64,000 bases of DNA from Felis catus (Eukaryota): contig NC_058368.1 of NCBI RefSeq assembly GCF_018350175.1, forward strand, positions 22,012,001 through 22,076,000. The letters are read 5' to 3'. The notes beneath the pieces are model-generated. The model searched no databases, was not told the origin of the DNA, and worked only from the letters and a program-made list of their open reading frames with translations. Both the position numbers and the translations under genes were made by a program. Shown one piece after another: positions 22,149 through 35,870 of the stretch (its first letter is position 1; every line of letters starts with the position of its first letter).

Positions 22149-23844
22149 AGAATATCAGAAATGAACAGTATAATAACATAATTTAAAGATTAAATGGTAC
22201 GGTAAGTCAGCATATGAGGCACAGTTAGAAAGAAACTGCATGGAAGACCATACACAGAGAAAAAAGTTATAGAAAACGAAAGATTGTAAGGTGATCTAAT
22301 CAAAAGTTCCAGAAAGAAAACATGAAAGGTTACAAGGAACATTAAAAATACTCTTTTTATCCCTATATTTATCAACAGAAACAGAATTAATTTGGGTAGG
22401 AAAAATTTGTCAAAATGATTTTTTTAATGAAATATCCAAGGCTCTCTTTCCCCTTAATTGAATCAAAGATGTTGCTATCTTAGAAATACCATTTGCATCT
22501 AATTTGCTAAGTAGCTGAGAAAGAAAGTACATTTTAAGATATAAGAGAAAATAGACACTGGGCCACCTGCTCCCCATAGGTCTCGGCTCCCAGAGCTGGG
22601 CCAGACCTTGTGGCCATGGGGCTTCTCTCTCCTTTCTCCCCAGCAGAGACCAGTGACTTGAGAGCACTTTCCAAAACTTCCCCTGTCTCTCAGTGTGAAA
22701 TGGAACCTCTGACACTCAGGTGTGGCATCAACAAAGTCAAATATAGCAGCACCAGTCAGAAATAACAGGAATACCTCTGTACTCTTCTTAACACAGGAAA
22801 AGACAAAAGAAAGAGAGAGGAGATGTGTTCATAAGAACAGACCCATGTGCTATGAAGAAAGAAAAGTATGCCAGAGAAATGAGGGAAATGATTGGCATTT
22901 CAGTTATTTTTCCTCTCCTTTACTGGAGAACCTGATTGGCTTTCAGTCATTCCTCAACTACAAAGAATTCTCACAAGTGTCTCAAAGAAGCTTCTAGAAA
23001 CCCAGAGGAGTCCAAACCGTTAGATTTCTGCTAACATTTGTTGCTAGAAATGCTAGCTGGTTTGTGGTACTAAGAGGATCATGAAAGAATAGGATAGTTA
23101 ACAGGGTGTGGAGCCAAGGCAGACTAACATCAAGCAATTCTCTAAAGGAGGCAGCTATAACTAAGGGAATTATTGAGTGATAGCTATTATAAATGGAAAA
23201 TGAAAAAAACAATATTTGTTAGACAATATCAGCACCATTCAGTCCTGCCAGTCACCCAGCAAAAACATTCAGCCCACTTAGCAGTTGTGTGATATCACAG
23301 GCTAAATTCCGTGTATTTGCTATGAAAAGAAAAAAGACAAAATATATCCAAAATATGAAGAGTTGTGAGGATATCATTTTATAAGAATGTACGATTAGCA
23401 ATATTGAGCAGATATGAACCTAGAATTAATGAACAACAATGAAAATAAAAAGTCTAAATAAAGAACTTTGTGGGAGGCAAAGAATTCCTTTTTTGTTGTC
23501 AGAGGAATGGTTATTAAAAATAACTTTTAAACCAGTATTTATGTCAAAATTCTTGATGATTCTTGATTGTGGGAGTTAGCCAGAAATGAATTAAAACTAT
23601 TCATAAACTCATTTATTCAGAAAATATCTTTTGTGGTGCACATATCTTCACAAAATAAGCTCTTCTGGTGAGATGTTTTTAAGTATAAAAGATCAAAATT
23701 ACAGTAATTTTGAAATCACAATTAACCAAATGTTGTTTCAAACGTAATGCTGTACCAAACCAAATAGCGGATATTAGTAAAAATGCGGTAGGATTTGAAC
23801 CCCGCTGATACCACTGACAAGTTGGCATCTAAGTCAAGCTTGCT

Positions 23845-23846
23845 AT

Positions 23847-23885
<39 letters not shown>

Positions 23886-24242
23886 CTTATTTAGAGAGGA
23901 TGCATATGAACGAGGAGCAGAGAGAGAGAATCCCACGGGGGGGGGGGGGCAGAGAGCCAGGGAGAGAGAGAGAGAGGGAGGGAGGAAGGGAGGGAGAGAG
24001 AGGGAGGGAGGGAGGGAGGGAGAGAGTGAGCGAGCTAGCGAGAAGTGGGGCTCACGGGGGGGGGGGGGGGGGGGGGGGGGGGTGGTGGTGCTCGTGCTGT
24101 CACCGAAAGCGGGACTGGAGCTCACAGAGGCGGACTCCGACTGGTGCTCAGCCAATGTGGGACTTGAACTCACCAACTGTGAGATCATGCCCTGACCTGA
24201 GCCGAAGTCAGATGCTTAACAACTGAGTCTACCCAGGCGCCC
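23845..24242 (-). mobile_element. Can-SINE with an expanded, atypical G-rich interior
   Basis: SINE head at ~24155-24242, (ATTT)n tail and TSD ctaagtcaag (23829, 24242). Interior has long G runs and (GGGA)n. Confidence 0.8.
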
Positions 24243-25514
24243 TAAGTCAAGATTTTAACTTTCAGTTTCAATTTCCTTATCTGAATCTGCTATAGTAAAA
24301 CCATTCACTTTATATTTCTTATCTTTAAGGTGGAGCTACTAGAATCATATTTCCTTTATGTTCTTTTCAAGGCTTTTATAGAGAACATATATATGAACAC
24401 TCTTTGATATTATAAAATGCTATATAAATAATGATGAGTGTTAAATATTTAGAGGTTGTTTAAATTTGTATCCACTTAAAAACAACTTTGCAAATACTTT
24501 GAGGTAAGCCATTTAATTTCTGGAATTTAGGAATATAAACTCAAAAAGTATAGTTGTAATCACTGATTTATGTATCTTTATTGTGCTTTTTACTTAACTG
24601 TTGTGGCAGACTATTGATGGTCTATCCAAAGTCATACCAAACCTCATATTTTCATGCCTTCTTCCCGTGATTGAAGCTGCAAATGTCAGATGCTCATTTT
24701 TTCTAGGCTCCTTTGCTCTTAGGGGTAGTCATTTTAGCCTTTTCAGACCAGTGATTTGTAGAAATTTTTTGGAAGATATCCTGAATGTATGTTTCCTCCT
24801 ACATTTTTGATTCTGATTGAAATGGAGAAACCGTCAATCTTTCAGTAGTTGGCATAAGAATGGCTTTTGTAGAAAACACTGGATTTGTTTGGAAGAAATG
24901 CCTTGATAATTCATTTGTGATGAATGTTGAGTCCACAAGGGGCTTAACAACTGTCAGAAGATGATTGTTAAATTGCCTTAAGTGTGTCCTGTCAATTGGA
25001 AGTGACTGTTTTGTTGGTGTCTAGGATGAGTTATGTATATAGATTTGGAAGTAGACCCTGGGACAGAAATAATGAAAATAAAAATTTGAAGGGCACAGGG
25101 AAAATCCAGCAAGAAGGGAATAAGAACTCTGGAGAGATATTAGATGGGACTTTCTATATGAAATACTGTGTGTTATGTAACAGTGACTCTAACCCTGACC
25201 CCACAAATAAAAACTTCTGAAAATCAGGAAATCCTTGGTGTACCTGGATATGGGGCCAAAACATGTTTGACCAAGTGTGCGGAGAACAGCTAATATCTGG
25301 GTTTCCTCTACCATCGAGAGGATCTCTCTAAATGCCTATTTATCTTCACTTTTTCCCTTACCACTGGCTTTTTTTCTCATTAGGGTATTTCAGTTTTACC
25401 TCTCTACAGGTTTCTTCCTGACAACAAATGTATGCACCTGAAAAACCAACAACCTTCCCTGCTCACCATTCCACCTCAAAACCTTATCCCTATATGTTTC
25501 CCTCTTTCTGTTCT

Positions 25515-27175
25515 TTTTTACATTTTATTTATTTTTATTTTTTTTTAATGTTTATTTTTGAGAGAGAGACAGAACCTAAGTGGGGGAAGGGCAGAGAGAG
25601 AGGGAGACACAGAATCCTAATCAGGCTTCAGGGTCCAAGCTGTCAGCATAGAACCCTATGCGGGGCTTGAACTCACGAAGCTTGATATCATGACTTGAAT
25701 TAAAGTCAGAAGCTTAACTGACTGAGCCACCCAGGCGCCCCCTCCCTATGTTTCCCTCTTAGCCATGTTTTTTTTTTTTTTTTTCTCTCTCTTTCCTAGC
25801 TCTCTTTCCCTTTTCCTTTTATTTCTTCTTTCATTCCAGTCTTCAGGTTTTTGCTAAAACATTTCCCCTTGCTGGAAATATCTCCCCCCTCCTTTTTATT
25901 TTTTTTAAGTTTATTTCTTTATTTTGAGAGAAACAGAGAAAGTGTGAGCTGGGGAGGGGCAGAGGGAAGAAGAATCTCAAGCAGGCCCTGAGCTGACAAT
26001 GGGGCTTGAACTCTCAAAACTGAGATCATGACCTGAGCTGAAATCAAGAGTCACACGCTCAATGGACTGAGGCACCCAGGCGCCTGCCTCCTTTCTATCT
26101 TACTATCCAAACCCTAGTAATTTTTCAAAGTGCCTCTAAATTCCCATTTCTTGCATTAACTCTTTACCTTTTCTCACTAGGTATGATCTATGTTTTATCC
26201 TATGATTCTTGGTCCCTTGATTATTTCCTCTTCCTTTTACATTTTCTTTAGTCTTTATATTTTGGTGCAATTATTTCATACAGATGACTATGTTTCGCCA
26301 CCCCCTTCCCCCCAAATTGTAAGCTCCTTGAAGGCAGGTCCTTTGTCACAGACTTCTTTTGAATTCTTTAGAGAACTTGGTACTACAGTAGGCTTATAAA
26401 AATACCAATAAAGAGTTGTTAAATTTAATCAAGTAGTGGAGGATTAGGCTATAATGTGTAGTAAGTTTGAAAACCAGTTGTGTGTCTAAGTCCTTAGACT
26501 TATTGATAACATTGTATTGAAAATGTGACAACTTTTGTTTGTGTTTATCAGCTATGAAAAGCCAAGATCTTTATTTAAGAAAAAAAGTTTATTACTATTA
26601 GATGATCATTTTATAGCTTCTTTCAAAGGACAACTAGCACCATGAGTTTTTAATCCTAATTCATGCTTACATTATCCCTGAACAAATTTTAAAAAGATTA
26701 TAAGGGGACACCGGGGTGGCTTAGTTGGTTAAGCGTCCTACTCTTGATTTCAGCTCAGGTCCTGATCTCACAGTTGTAAGATCAAGCCCTGCATCAAGCC
26801 TGTTTAAGATTCTCTTGCTCTCCCTCTACCACTCATGTGTCACTTGTTCTCTCTCTCAAAAAAAAAAAAAAAAATTATAAAATAGGAAAGGAAAAAAACG
26901 AAACAGCATCAACCTGACTGCATATGGAGAAATGGCTAAATAAATTGTGGTGCACGAATATTAAGAAATGCCATGTAGGGATGCCTGGATGGCTCAGCCC
27001 GTTGAACATCCAGCTTCAGCTCAGGTCATGATCTCACAGTTCATGAATTCAAGCCCCACATTGGGCTCTCTGCTGTCAGCACAGGGCCCACTTCGAATCT
27101 TCTGTCCCCTTCTCTCTCTGCCCCTCCCCTGCTTGTTCTTTCTCTCTTAAAATAAATAAATAAACCTAAAAAAAA
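25515..27175. mobile_element. Four Can-SINEs: 25515-25742 (-), 25892-26084 (-), 26703-26875 (+), 26978-27175 (+)
   Basis: Canonical SINE bodies. Confidence 0.86.
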
Positions 27176-28489
27176 TATCATGTAGCTTCTTGAAAAGAAT
27201 GAAGTCTTTTTACTAAATCTGACATGTAAAGAAACCAGGATCTACTATTAAGAAACAAAAATAACTTACAAAGCAGAATATATGGTATGATACCATTTTT
27301 TTTAAAACTGTATATATACTTAAACAGATTATGTCTGGGAAAAAATCAAAGAACAGAACTAAACTGTTAACAGTGGTTAACTTTGTAGAGTGGAATTAGA
27401 GAAAAGGAAGACAGGAGATCTTCAAGCAATAGAGAAGCATGTAAAATAAAAAGGTTTTTTTTTCTACAGGGAGCATTTATTTTGAAATCGAAATGCAAAA
27501 TGAAAGATACATTTTAAAAGAGTCAATAAAGCGAGAAAAGTACACCAGTTTGTTTTGTAAAACAAGATGCAATTTTGTGTTTGCATTTATTAACCATATT
27601 CTTCTTTTATAGTTATTAATAGATTGTAATAATTTTTCCTACTCTAAATCATGTTTTATAAGTCTTCAGTTATGGTAATGGAATCCAACTAGAATTACTG
27701 AACTAATTCTATAGATATTTTCCTGTTCAGTACATTACCTGAATATGTTTTACCACAAATGCTGTGTTTGTTTGCAATAAATGGCCATGTTTGAATCTGA
27801 AAATTAAATGTCTTGTTCAAGATTTTCTGTTACTTTACCCAGACTACTTCTTTCTTTGTCTTTTCTGTGTTCTTTCTGGAGTCTGTTTTTCTTCTTGTGA
27901 GCACCAGCTCACAAATTGTACTTTGAAAGATTTGTAACAGTAATAATGTGATTTTCCAACGTAACATTTTTGTGTAGTTCTGATTTCAGTAATTTGTAGA
28001 AAAGTGAGTTTGTAAAAGTTTGGAAAATTGGGAGATGATATACCTTATAAAAAGAGAATGTGTGTCAGTTCTCAATTGGATGGGAGTTGTTCTCTTATTG
28101 TAAAGGTATATTGTGTTTTTAACTAATTCAAATAAGAACTTTTCACAGAAGTACCAACTATGGAAAAAAAATAGATCAGCAAAGAAGGGCAGGAAGATAT
28201 GAGAATTATTACCATTTAACTGGTTATAGTGCTAAGCCCACTTTTATTGCTTATGATGCTAGTTATCTATTGTATCTTAGGATTTCATCAATTCTTTCTT
28301 ACCTCATTCTTTGTTATTCCCTAAATTGGGAAATTGGAAGAAAATCATAGCATGTATTTCACTTAGTGTAGTTATATTTTTTGGAGGAAGAGGAATTGTA
28401 ACTATTAAACTTAGAGTTTGGTGTATATGAATTAAACCTTTAGCTTTTATTCTTACTAGATATGTTTTTTTATAAGATCAATTTTTACT

Positions 28490-29295
28490 CTGCTCAAAGG
28501 CACATTCTATTATTCCACCTCATTCTCTTCAGATGAACTTGAGTCCTTTTCTGAGAAAATTAAAGCAAATGTGTGCTCCCTAACTTCATTCCTCTTTACC
28601 GTGACAGTTTCTTTATTCAAACGTTATCTTTCCTTCTTATTTTAGAAAAATATGTGTCATTCTTCTTGGATATTAAACTTTTCACTTACATTCTTGATCC
28701 TTTCTTTCATTGTGAGCTCAAGAATTTCATCCCATTGATTATCCCCCTCCTCTCCTGCATCTTCCTCATATCTGTCCCACTCAATCTACTGAGAATTCAA
28801 AGTAAGAAAAAAAAAAGGCAAACAAAACCCCCTTTCTTTAGCCCTTCAAGTTTTCCTTCCATTCTTCACCAAACACCTGGAAACAGTATTATGTGCTTGT
28901 GCCTTCAATCCTTAACCTCATATATTCCTGATTTTGTCCTTGACTGTTGTGTGTCAGGCACTACTAAGACTTCTGCCTCTCATCCAGTCTTCTAGGCAGG
29001 GTAGTTGGGCCATGCTACCTGGATCAGATGACCAGTTTCCCTGGAGGACTGTCATCTGCCTGCTTTATGCTGCAGTATGCTATGGTGGTCCCAGCCTGGC
29101 TTTGATGTCTCTATCAGCCTATGTCTTTAGGATTTTAGGGGAATATGAATGCTCTATAGCATCGTACTGTTGAATGCTTCACATTTTTGAAGTTCTCTTC
29201 TTTTTTTTTTTATTATATGTTTATTTTTCATAGTGCTTTTAACTTATAAAAGAAAAATATTCACTGTTTTAATTTTTATATGTTTTATTTTTTAT

Positions 29296-29335
<40 letters not shown>

Positions 29336-31125
29336 ATGAGTAGGGGAAGGGCAGAGAGAGACAGAAGCAAAATCTGAAGTATGTTCCAGGCTCCAATCTG
29401 TTAGCACAGAGCCCTACATGGGGCTCGAACTCACAAGCAGCGAGATCATGACCTGAGCCAAAGTCGGACGTTTAACCGACTAAGCCACCCAGGTGCCCCC
29501 AAGTATGCGCTGTTTTAAAAAGCAAGTTTTAAAAAGCAAGTTCAAGGCTTCCAGTCCAGAAAAGATGATATAAAATCCATTTCTCCATATTAAGTACAGC
29601 TATACCCCTGGAAATAACATAAGAGGCAAATAAGAATTATGAAAGACAGGGGCGCCTGGGTGGCGCAGTCGGTTAAGCGTCCGACTTCAGCCAGGTCACG
29701 ATCTCGCAGCCTGTGAGTTGGAGCCCCGCGTCAGGCTCTGGGCTGATGGCTCGGAGCCTGGAGCCTGCTTCCGATTCTGTGTCTCCCTCTCTCTCTGCCC
29801 CTCCCCTGTTCATGCTCTGTCTCTCTCTGTCCCAAAAATAAATAAACGTTGAAAAAACAAATTAAGAATTATGAAAGACAAAAAAAATTTTTGAAATATA
29901 ATGAGGGAAACAGTATGATTAGAAACTCTGGGGCTGGAAGAACAGTATAGTGGCAGGATGGCTTAGGCAGGATGGCTTATGACCATCCTGCCCCACCTCC
30001 ACTTAACAGAAAAAGATATTTTATACCCAGCATTGTACTTTTTGTATCTTTACATGTAGGTGCTTCCTAAAGTTTTTTGTTTTTTGTTTTAAGTAGGCTT
30101 TGCACCCAGCGCAGAGCCCAATGTGGGGCTTGAACCCTGAGATCAAGACCTGAGCTGATATCAGGAGTCGGATGCTTAACCAGCAGGGCCACCCAGGCGC
30201 CCCAGTGTTCTCTAAAGTTTTGTTTTAGTTTTTGGGTCTTTTTTTCTTGTACTCCATTGGCAGAATGAGTGACTCTCAGGTGTATTGCTCTGGTTCTGTT
30301 TTCTCTCCCAAGTTCTGGTTCTGTATGTTCAAGTGCCCACAGGCATATATCCAGAAGTCTTGCTGGCACTTCAAACTTTTACATATCAAGCATTGGTTAT
30401 TTTGTAAAAAAAATTTTCCTCCTGTGATCCTTATTTCTTTTGAGATATTACCAGCCTATTCTTTCAGGTAGAAAACAAGGAAACTCATTGTTATCTTGAG
30501 TGTTTTCTTAATTACCATTTGACATTTATTCAGTTGCCAAGCCTATTTCCTCTGATACTCACATAGTCCTCTCATTCCCCTGCTGAGTAACCTTCGCTGT
30601 CATTTAATTTCATCACCTACTGTTTCTCTTCTCTGCTCTTTTGGTTCTTATACACCACCAAATTCATAATCGTGACATAGAGTTTTGATCACATTATGGT
30701 TGCCTTTTGCCCAGAAATTAACAGTTGAACTCATTACCCTACTCTTAAAGGCTCTCCATAATTTGGCTCAAACTTGTTTCTCCATTTTATTACTATCATT
30801 CACATAGCATTTGCTTCTGATAAACTAACTTCTTTGTTATTTACATTTTGCACTTCCTAAACCAAATCATACCCATCATTCAAGACTGAGTTCCAGGGCT
30901 ACCGTCTCTGTGAAACATTCTCTGATTCCTCAAGATATACATATTTTTTTGTTCTTCTGAATTTTTATGGTATTTCATTGTTCTTTTCCTTTGTGATTCA
31001 TAACTTTTTGCCTTACACTGTATTTTTGGTACATATCTTATATCCCCAATTAGAATATAAATTCCTTATTCCAACCTGTATACCCATAGAGCGGATTGCC
31101 TTCAGATGGCTGGATGAATGAATCC
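28490..31125 (+). mobile_element. L2 (LINE2) remnants, fragmented
   Basis: Pyrimidine-rich L2-like segments ending in tagaatataaattcctt...tggatgaatgaat (31050-31123). Confidence 0.5.
29270..30203. mobile_element. Can-SINEs: 29270-29500 (-), young 29649-29862 (+), short 30070-30203 (-)
   Basis: The young copy has a perfect 18-bp TSD taagaattatgaaagaca (29631, 29863). Confidence 0.9.
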
Positions 31126-32338
31126 TGTACATTTTTTTACTTTATTTATTCATTTAGACAAAAAGCATTATTATAGAGCATCTCCTTGATAATTTACTAT
31201 TATCTTCAAATTCACACTTCCATAACGTTTGAACTTGTTTGTAACTTTTTACTGACATCATTTGGCTAATAGTCCCACTTCCCTTGCCCCCACTTCAAGT
31301 CTACCTTTTCGTTAGGGTAATCTGATATGAGGTAGACATTTTTTGCGTTGTTTCTTTAGCTCTGTTGTGGTGGGGACAATGATAGTGGCTTCTGGAAGTT
31401 TTTCTAGTTGATTTGACGGCTAAGTCTTAGAAAAAAAATATTCTTTAAACTCATTCCGTTTTACTAGTTTTCTAGTTTACTAATTTGTCTCTAGTCATTT
31501 ACTTATGTGTGCATAATCCTCTGAGATGGAGTGTTCCTACTTAAATATATAGAACAAAGCTTAATTCACTTGGGCACAAGGCAAGCAAATGATGAAGCTA
31601 GGCTAAAATCCAGGGTTTCTGTATTATCCCTATCCCATGCTTTTCTAAAATGTTGCATCCAGAATTCTTTTGGAGTTATTTTGTTCTGGATGGTATATAA
31701 GGCAATTTAAAAAGTCCTTAAACACATAGTTACTGGCTTATTGGCATGTGGGTATGTGTATCTCTGGAGCACCTAGTATAGCCCTTTGTTTAATTGTTTT
31801 AATTGTTTAATAAAGGAAGTTGATTACACACTGCTTGTGAATCTTCCAGTGGATCTGCATCATTCCAGAGTAGTGACAGGGCAGTAAGTGGACTGATATA
31901 CTTTTAATATGTGCTAGAGTTTGTTTTTTATTTTATGAGTGGAGAAATGTCTAACATTTGGCTCTTAACTGATTGCTAGGCCCATGTGCATATTATTTTA
32001 CTTGATCCTCACAGCCAGTCCTGGCACTGTATTATCATCTCTGATTTAAAGTTATGTTACTTATATACAGTCAGTTTTCATTCAAATCTAGGTCTGCCTA
32101 ATACCAGAGACTACAGCCTATGAAACTAGCCGCTTGATATCTGAAGAATATTCAGAACAGCTTATCACATACAGGCCTTCAGAGGCTATATATCTGTGTC
32201 TGTTTATTGCTAAATATGTTTAGCTGTACATTATACTATCTTAGCGTTAGGGAAGCAAAGCAATCAGTCATTCCTTGGACTGGCATAGGAGATCTTAATG
32301 CTGGGGCTGAATATTGCAGCTGCCACTGCAGCTCGGAA

Positions 32339-32353
32339 CCAGCAGGGGGCCAG
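32339..32353 (+). promoter_or_regulatory. CTCF-like core motif
   Basis: CCAGCAGGGGGCCAG versus consensus CCASYAGRKGGCRS, in a short GC-richer patch of non-repeat sequence. Confidence 0.55.
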
Positions 32354-32900
32354 AGTAGTGCTGGAAAGAGAAAAACCCTGACTTTTCTCAGTTTGAAAGT
32401 CTGCTCTGGTGTTTTGGAAATACAGCCAATAGGAGTAAGAATGACGCCTAATTTTTGTTATTCACCTTCCTCCCTCCTGAAACACACACACAAAAAAAGG
32501 AGATGGGAAGCAGAATAGAGTAAGAGAAAAACCAGAATAATTGAGCTTTGTTATCTTGTTCAAGTTAGTTATGAGACCTTTTAAAGATTTCCAGATTTGG
32601 CCAAGGATTAGCAATTAGTGGACAGCTGGAAATGTGTGGTTTTTTTTTTTAATTCTTTATTTTTGAAGTATGGTTGACATACAGGGTTATATTAGTTTCA
32701 AGTGCACAACAGGAAATGTGTTTTTAATTCTGTCAGTTAAATTTTATTTCTGTGCAACTTGGATACCTCTAAATTATTTCTCCTATAACATTTCTTCTAT
32801 ATTCTGCTTTTATGAAAGCAATTTGAATATCTTTAAGCAACTTCCAAAGCCTCAGTGTTAATAATGTTTGAAATGGAAATTATGAGAAGGAAGAACTAAA

Positions 32901-32979
32901 GAAATCTATGTTTCTTGGGTAGAACCTATGGTTCTCAAGGTAGAATCTTGGTTCTTGGGTAGAATCTATGGTTCTCAAG
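32901..32979. repeat. ~20-bp unit x4 minisatellite with dimeric (A-B-A-B) structure
   Basis: gaaatctatgtttcttgg / gtagaacctatggttctcaag / gtagaatcttggttcttgg / gtagaatctatggttctcaag. Confidence 0.85.
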
Positions 32980-33292
32980 ACTTTATTGGCTTTTAAGGCT
33001 AACGGCTATCAAAAAATAAATTAAATGTTATTTCTGTGTTGCCTAAAGATGTATATAGCTGTGATATTCTGGATTTACACTGTGGTCTTTAGGAATAGAG
33101 AAAAACAAACAAAAACGTGAATGAGAAGTAAAGAAAAGAAGTGAGAATAAGAGAGAGGTAAATGCCACTAAAACAGCCAAAGATCTGTAGTTACTCAAAT
33201 TAGCAAAATTGCAATAATAGGCCTACAATATGTTTAGCCTACTCGAACACATATGTATGTATACATACATATATTTTATAGTGGTAAATGTA

Positions 33293-34040
33293 ATAGTCAT
33301 TTCTGCTATACCACTTGTTTTGAAACAGATATGTTCCAACATGATTGATTGATATATTAGGGAACAGTGTGAGCATAATACACTTTCCTTGTTTACTTTT
33401 GGGTAGTTTCATTTCAGAGAAGCACTATGGGAATGCACAAACCACCTTGCTGAACCAAGCCACATAGAAATACACAAAATGTATACATGCACACACTTCA
33501 ATTTTTTTAATGTTTATTTTTGAGAGAGATAGAGAGAGAGACCACAAGCAGGGGAGAGGCAGACAGAGAGGGAGACACAGAATCCGAAGCAGGCTCCAGG
33601 CTCTGAGCTGTCAGCACAGAGCCCAATATGGGGCTCGAACTCACAAACCGTGATACCATGACTTGAGCCGAAGTCAGACACTTAACCAACGGAGTCACCC
33701 AGGTGCTCCAACATGCACACACTTCAAATACCAACCAGCAATCTCAGTGTAGCACATATTATGAGTCACATCCATGTACATTTGATATTAAAACTTTCCA
33801 ACTGATTTCAGATAACCCTATTACCACTATTTCAAAATAACTCACAAACTACAACTCATTAACACCTACCTTCGTAAGCAAATGCCAGGTCTTTTTCAAA
33901 GTAAAGTGCCATAGTTATTATTTATGTTTATGTTATTATTATTTATGTACTTTTAAACCATTTAGCATGTAAGACCATGCTGTTTTTATTAGGTTCCTAC
34001 CTTTTCTTAAAAAAAAAAATTGTGATGAAGTTTTTGAATA
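33293..34040 (+). mobile_element. Tigger-family DNA transposon (Tigger13a-like) interrupted by a Can-SINE at 33502-33710 (-)
   Basis: tagtcatttctgctatacc...gatatattagggaaca...gatttcagataaccc...ggtctttttcaaagtaaagtgcc matches the consensus as I recall it. The SINE is flanked by a 17-bp TSD acatgcacacacttcaa. Confidence 0.72.
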
Positions 34041-35449
34041 TTGAGTTCCATCCTCACTGTACCTTGCTATTTGCCTCTTCAGTGTGATCACAGCCCTGAG
34101 CTAAATGACTATGGGCAAAAGCAGGGAGGCAGAAAGTGTGAGAAACATATGAAAGAACCTAGGAGAAGATATGGTTAGAAAATATGAAAGATATGATGAG
34201 AAAGAAAAGATGTGTTCAGAACATAGGAGAAGCCTGAGGACCCAAGCATCTCTTCGCCCTTGGGCAAAGCTAACAGTCAACCCAGAATACAACATGATCT
34301 GTTGGGATGCATCCTGGGTGTAAGGGGGCAGGTTTACCCTCACTGAGTTGGAAGAAACAGTGTAACCTGGGGGCTGGAGTAATGGACAGAGCAGTGAAGC
34401 CAGTAGAGACAAAAATCACAGCAGCAAGTTCAGATTCAGCGATTTCTGACTTTGATTAGTAGAAAACACAAAGCCAAAGAGAATCTAAGAGAGTTGTATT
34501 GTCAAAGATATTTAAGTCTGAGAAGTAAAGGCTTGTGATTTCCCATCCCCTGGAAACTCCCAGACTACTGAATGTGATTCCGAAACAAGTGGACTGCTTC
34601 AGCAGGAAACCTCCCAGTCAGGAGCCATCCACAGTGACTTTCTCAGTGTGATTTTGGGGGATGGCTGGTAGGGGAGATCTCCCAGAGATTAGAGACTAGA
34701 ATCAGGGGCAAACAATTTGGTAACTATGGAACTCATTTCCTTTCCCAGACAGGGAAGCTTGCTCTTCCTGTCCAACAAAATATCATATATATTATGGATT
34801 GATGGATTGATTTTTTATCTCCCTTTTTTCATGTAGGAGTATTTATTGCTGGTGTCCTTTTTTTTTTTTTTTTTTTTTACTTTGCCTTGTTTATTATTAG
34901 ATGTCTTGGTGTGGGGGTGAGCCATAGGATGATAGACCATAAGGAGCAGCTTCAAACTTGATTGAGCATATAATCAACAGATATTGGAGCTGGAGGCAGT
35001 AAACAAGTTTGAGTAAGAGTGAGTGCACTGTTCATCACGTGTGGAAACCTTGCCTAATGTTAGGCGGGGCCATTGTTGAAAGTATAGATGTAGGAAAAGG
35101 GTAGGTGTGGATGCTGGGCAACCAGTTGGAACTTCTTTATGGAATGGTTTTATGTAACACATAAATGTAACTGAGTGAATCCAGATACATATGCTTTGAA
35201 GTTCAATCTTACTATAGATAATCTCACCCAACATTTCACTTGACTCTTGACTTGAAGTTGCTCTTTCATAGTGAGCCTCATAATTCACCTTTTCCTACCT
35301 CACAGGCCTGTCAATCTCTTGGCACTAATGCTAACACACTCAGCAGCCAAGCTGGTTAATAAGTGGGCCCTGTTCTTACGCATGCGGTTATTAACAATTG
35401 GTTACCTAAACTAGCAGGACCAAAATCATTTTTCAGGTTTGATATGGCT

Positions 35450-35870
35450 ATTGAAAGAGAGGATCAGGACCAGAGACCTCTTCTTTTGAGATTGTGGGGG
35501 CCAAGGCCTTGTAATCTGTTCTACCAGGTAGGGAGAGCCCAACTATGAATGAAGGCCACACAAAAAAAAGCAATGCAAAAAGAGAGAGAAAGAGCTCTGG
35601 TGACCTTGTTTAAGCTTTGGCAGAAGTTAGCTTTAATCCAGGATCTCTCAACCTTGGTACTGTTGACATTTTGGGCTGGATAACTCTTTGTTGGGGGAGA
35701 GGATATTCTCTGATTTTAGGATGTTCAATAGCTTCTCTAGCCTCTCCCCACTAGATGCTTCCCCAGTTGAGAACCACTGCTCTAATCCTAGGCTTGTGGC
35801 TACATGATCCTTAATTTCCCTTTTTGCTGAACTTATTTGCATTGGGTCTATCACTTGCAGTCCAATTGTT
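35450..35870 (+). mobile_element. MaLR (MLT1-like) LTR remnant hosting the MER20
   Basis: gaatgaaggcca...gagagagaaagagctctggtgacc and 3' end aatttccctttttt...gggtctatcacttgca are typical of old MLT1 LTRs. Confidence 0.55.
35639..35779 (-). mobile_element. MER20 (hAT-Charlie) DNA transposon, internally deleted
   Basis: TIR-like ends caggatctctcaac / gttgagaaccactg and body tgacattttgggctggataa...ccactagatgc. 8-bp TSD ctttaatc / ctctaatc. Confidence 0.85.

Noticed and set aside
22700..23750. Unique-looking sequence suspected to be decayed coding DNA (also ~28000-28110 with AG...GT ends)
   Set aside because: The translations I tried match nothing I recognise, and the splice signals are weak or imply an intron that is too short.
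24818..24982. Cys/His-rich reading CRKHWICLEEMP**FICDEC resembling half of a PHD/RING finger
   Set aside because: Spacing does not match a canonical finger, it contains stops, and I cannot assign a parent gene; a BLASTX hit would be needed.
32901..32979. Regular repeats as a CRISPR-like array
   Set aside because: No unique spacers and a eukaryotic context; it is a simple tandem duplication.
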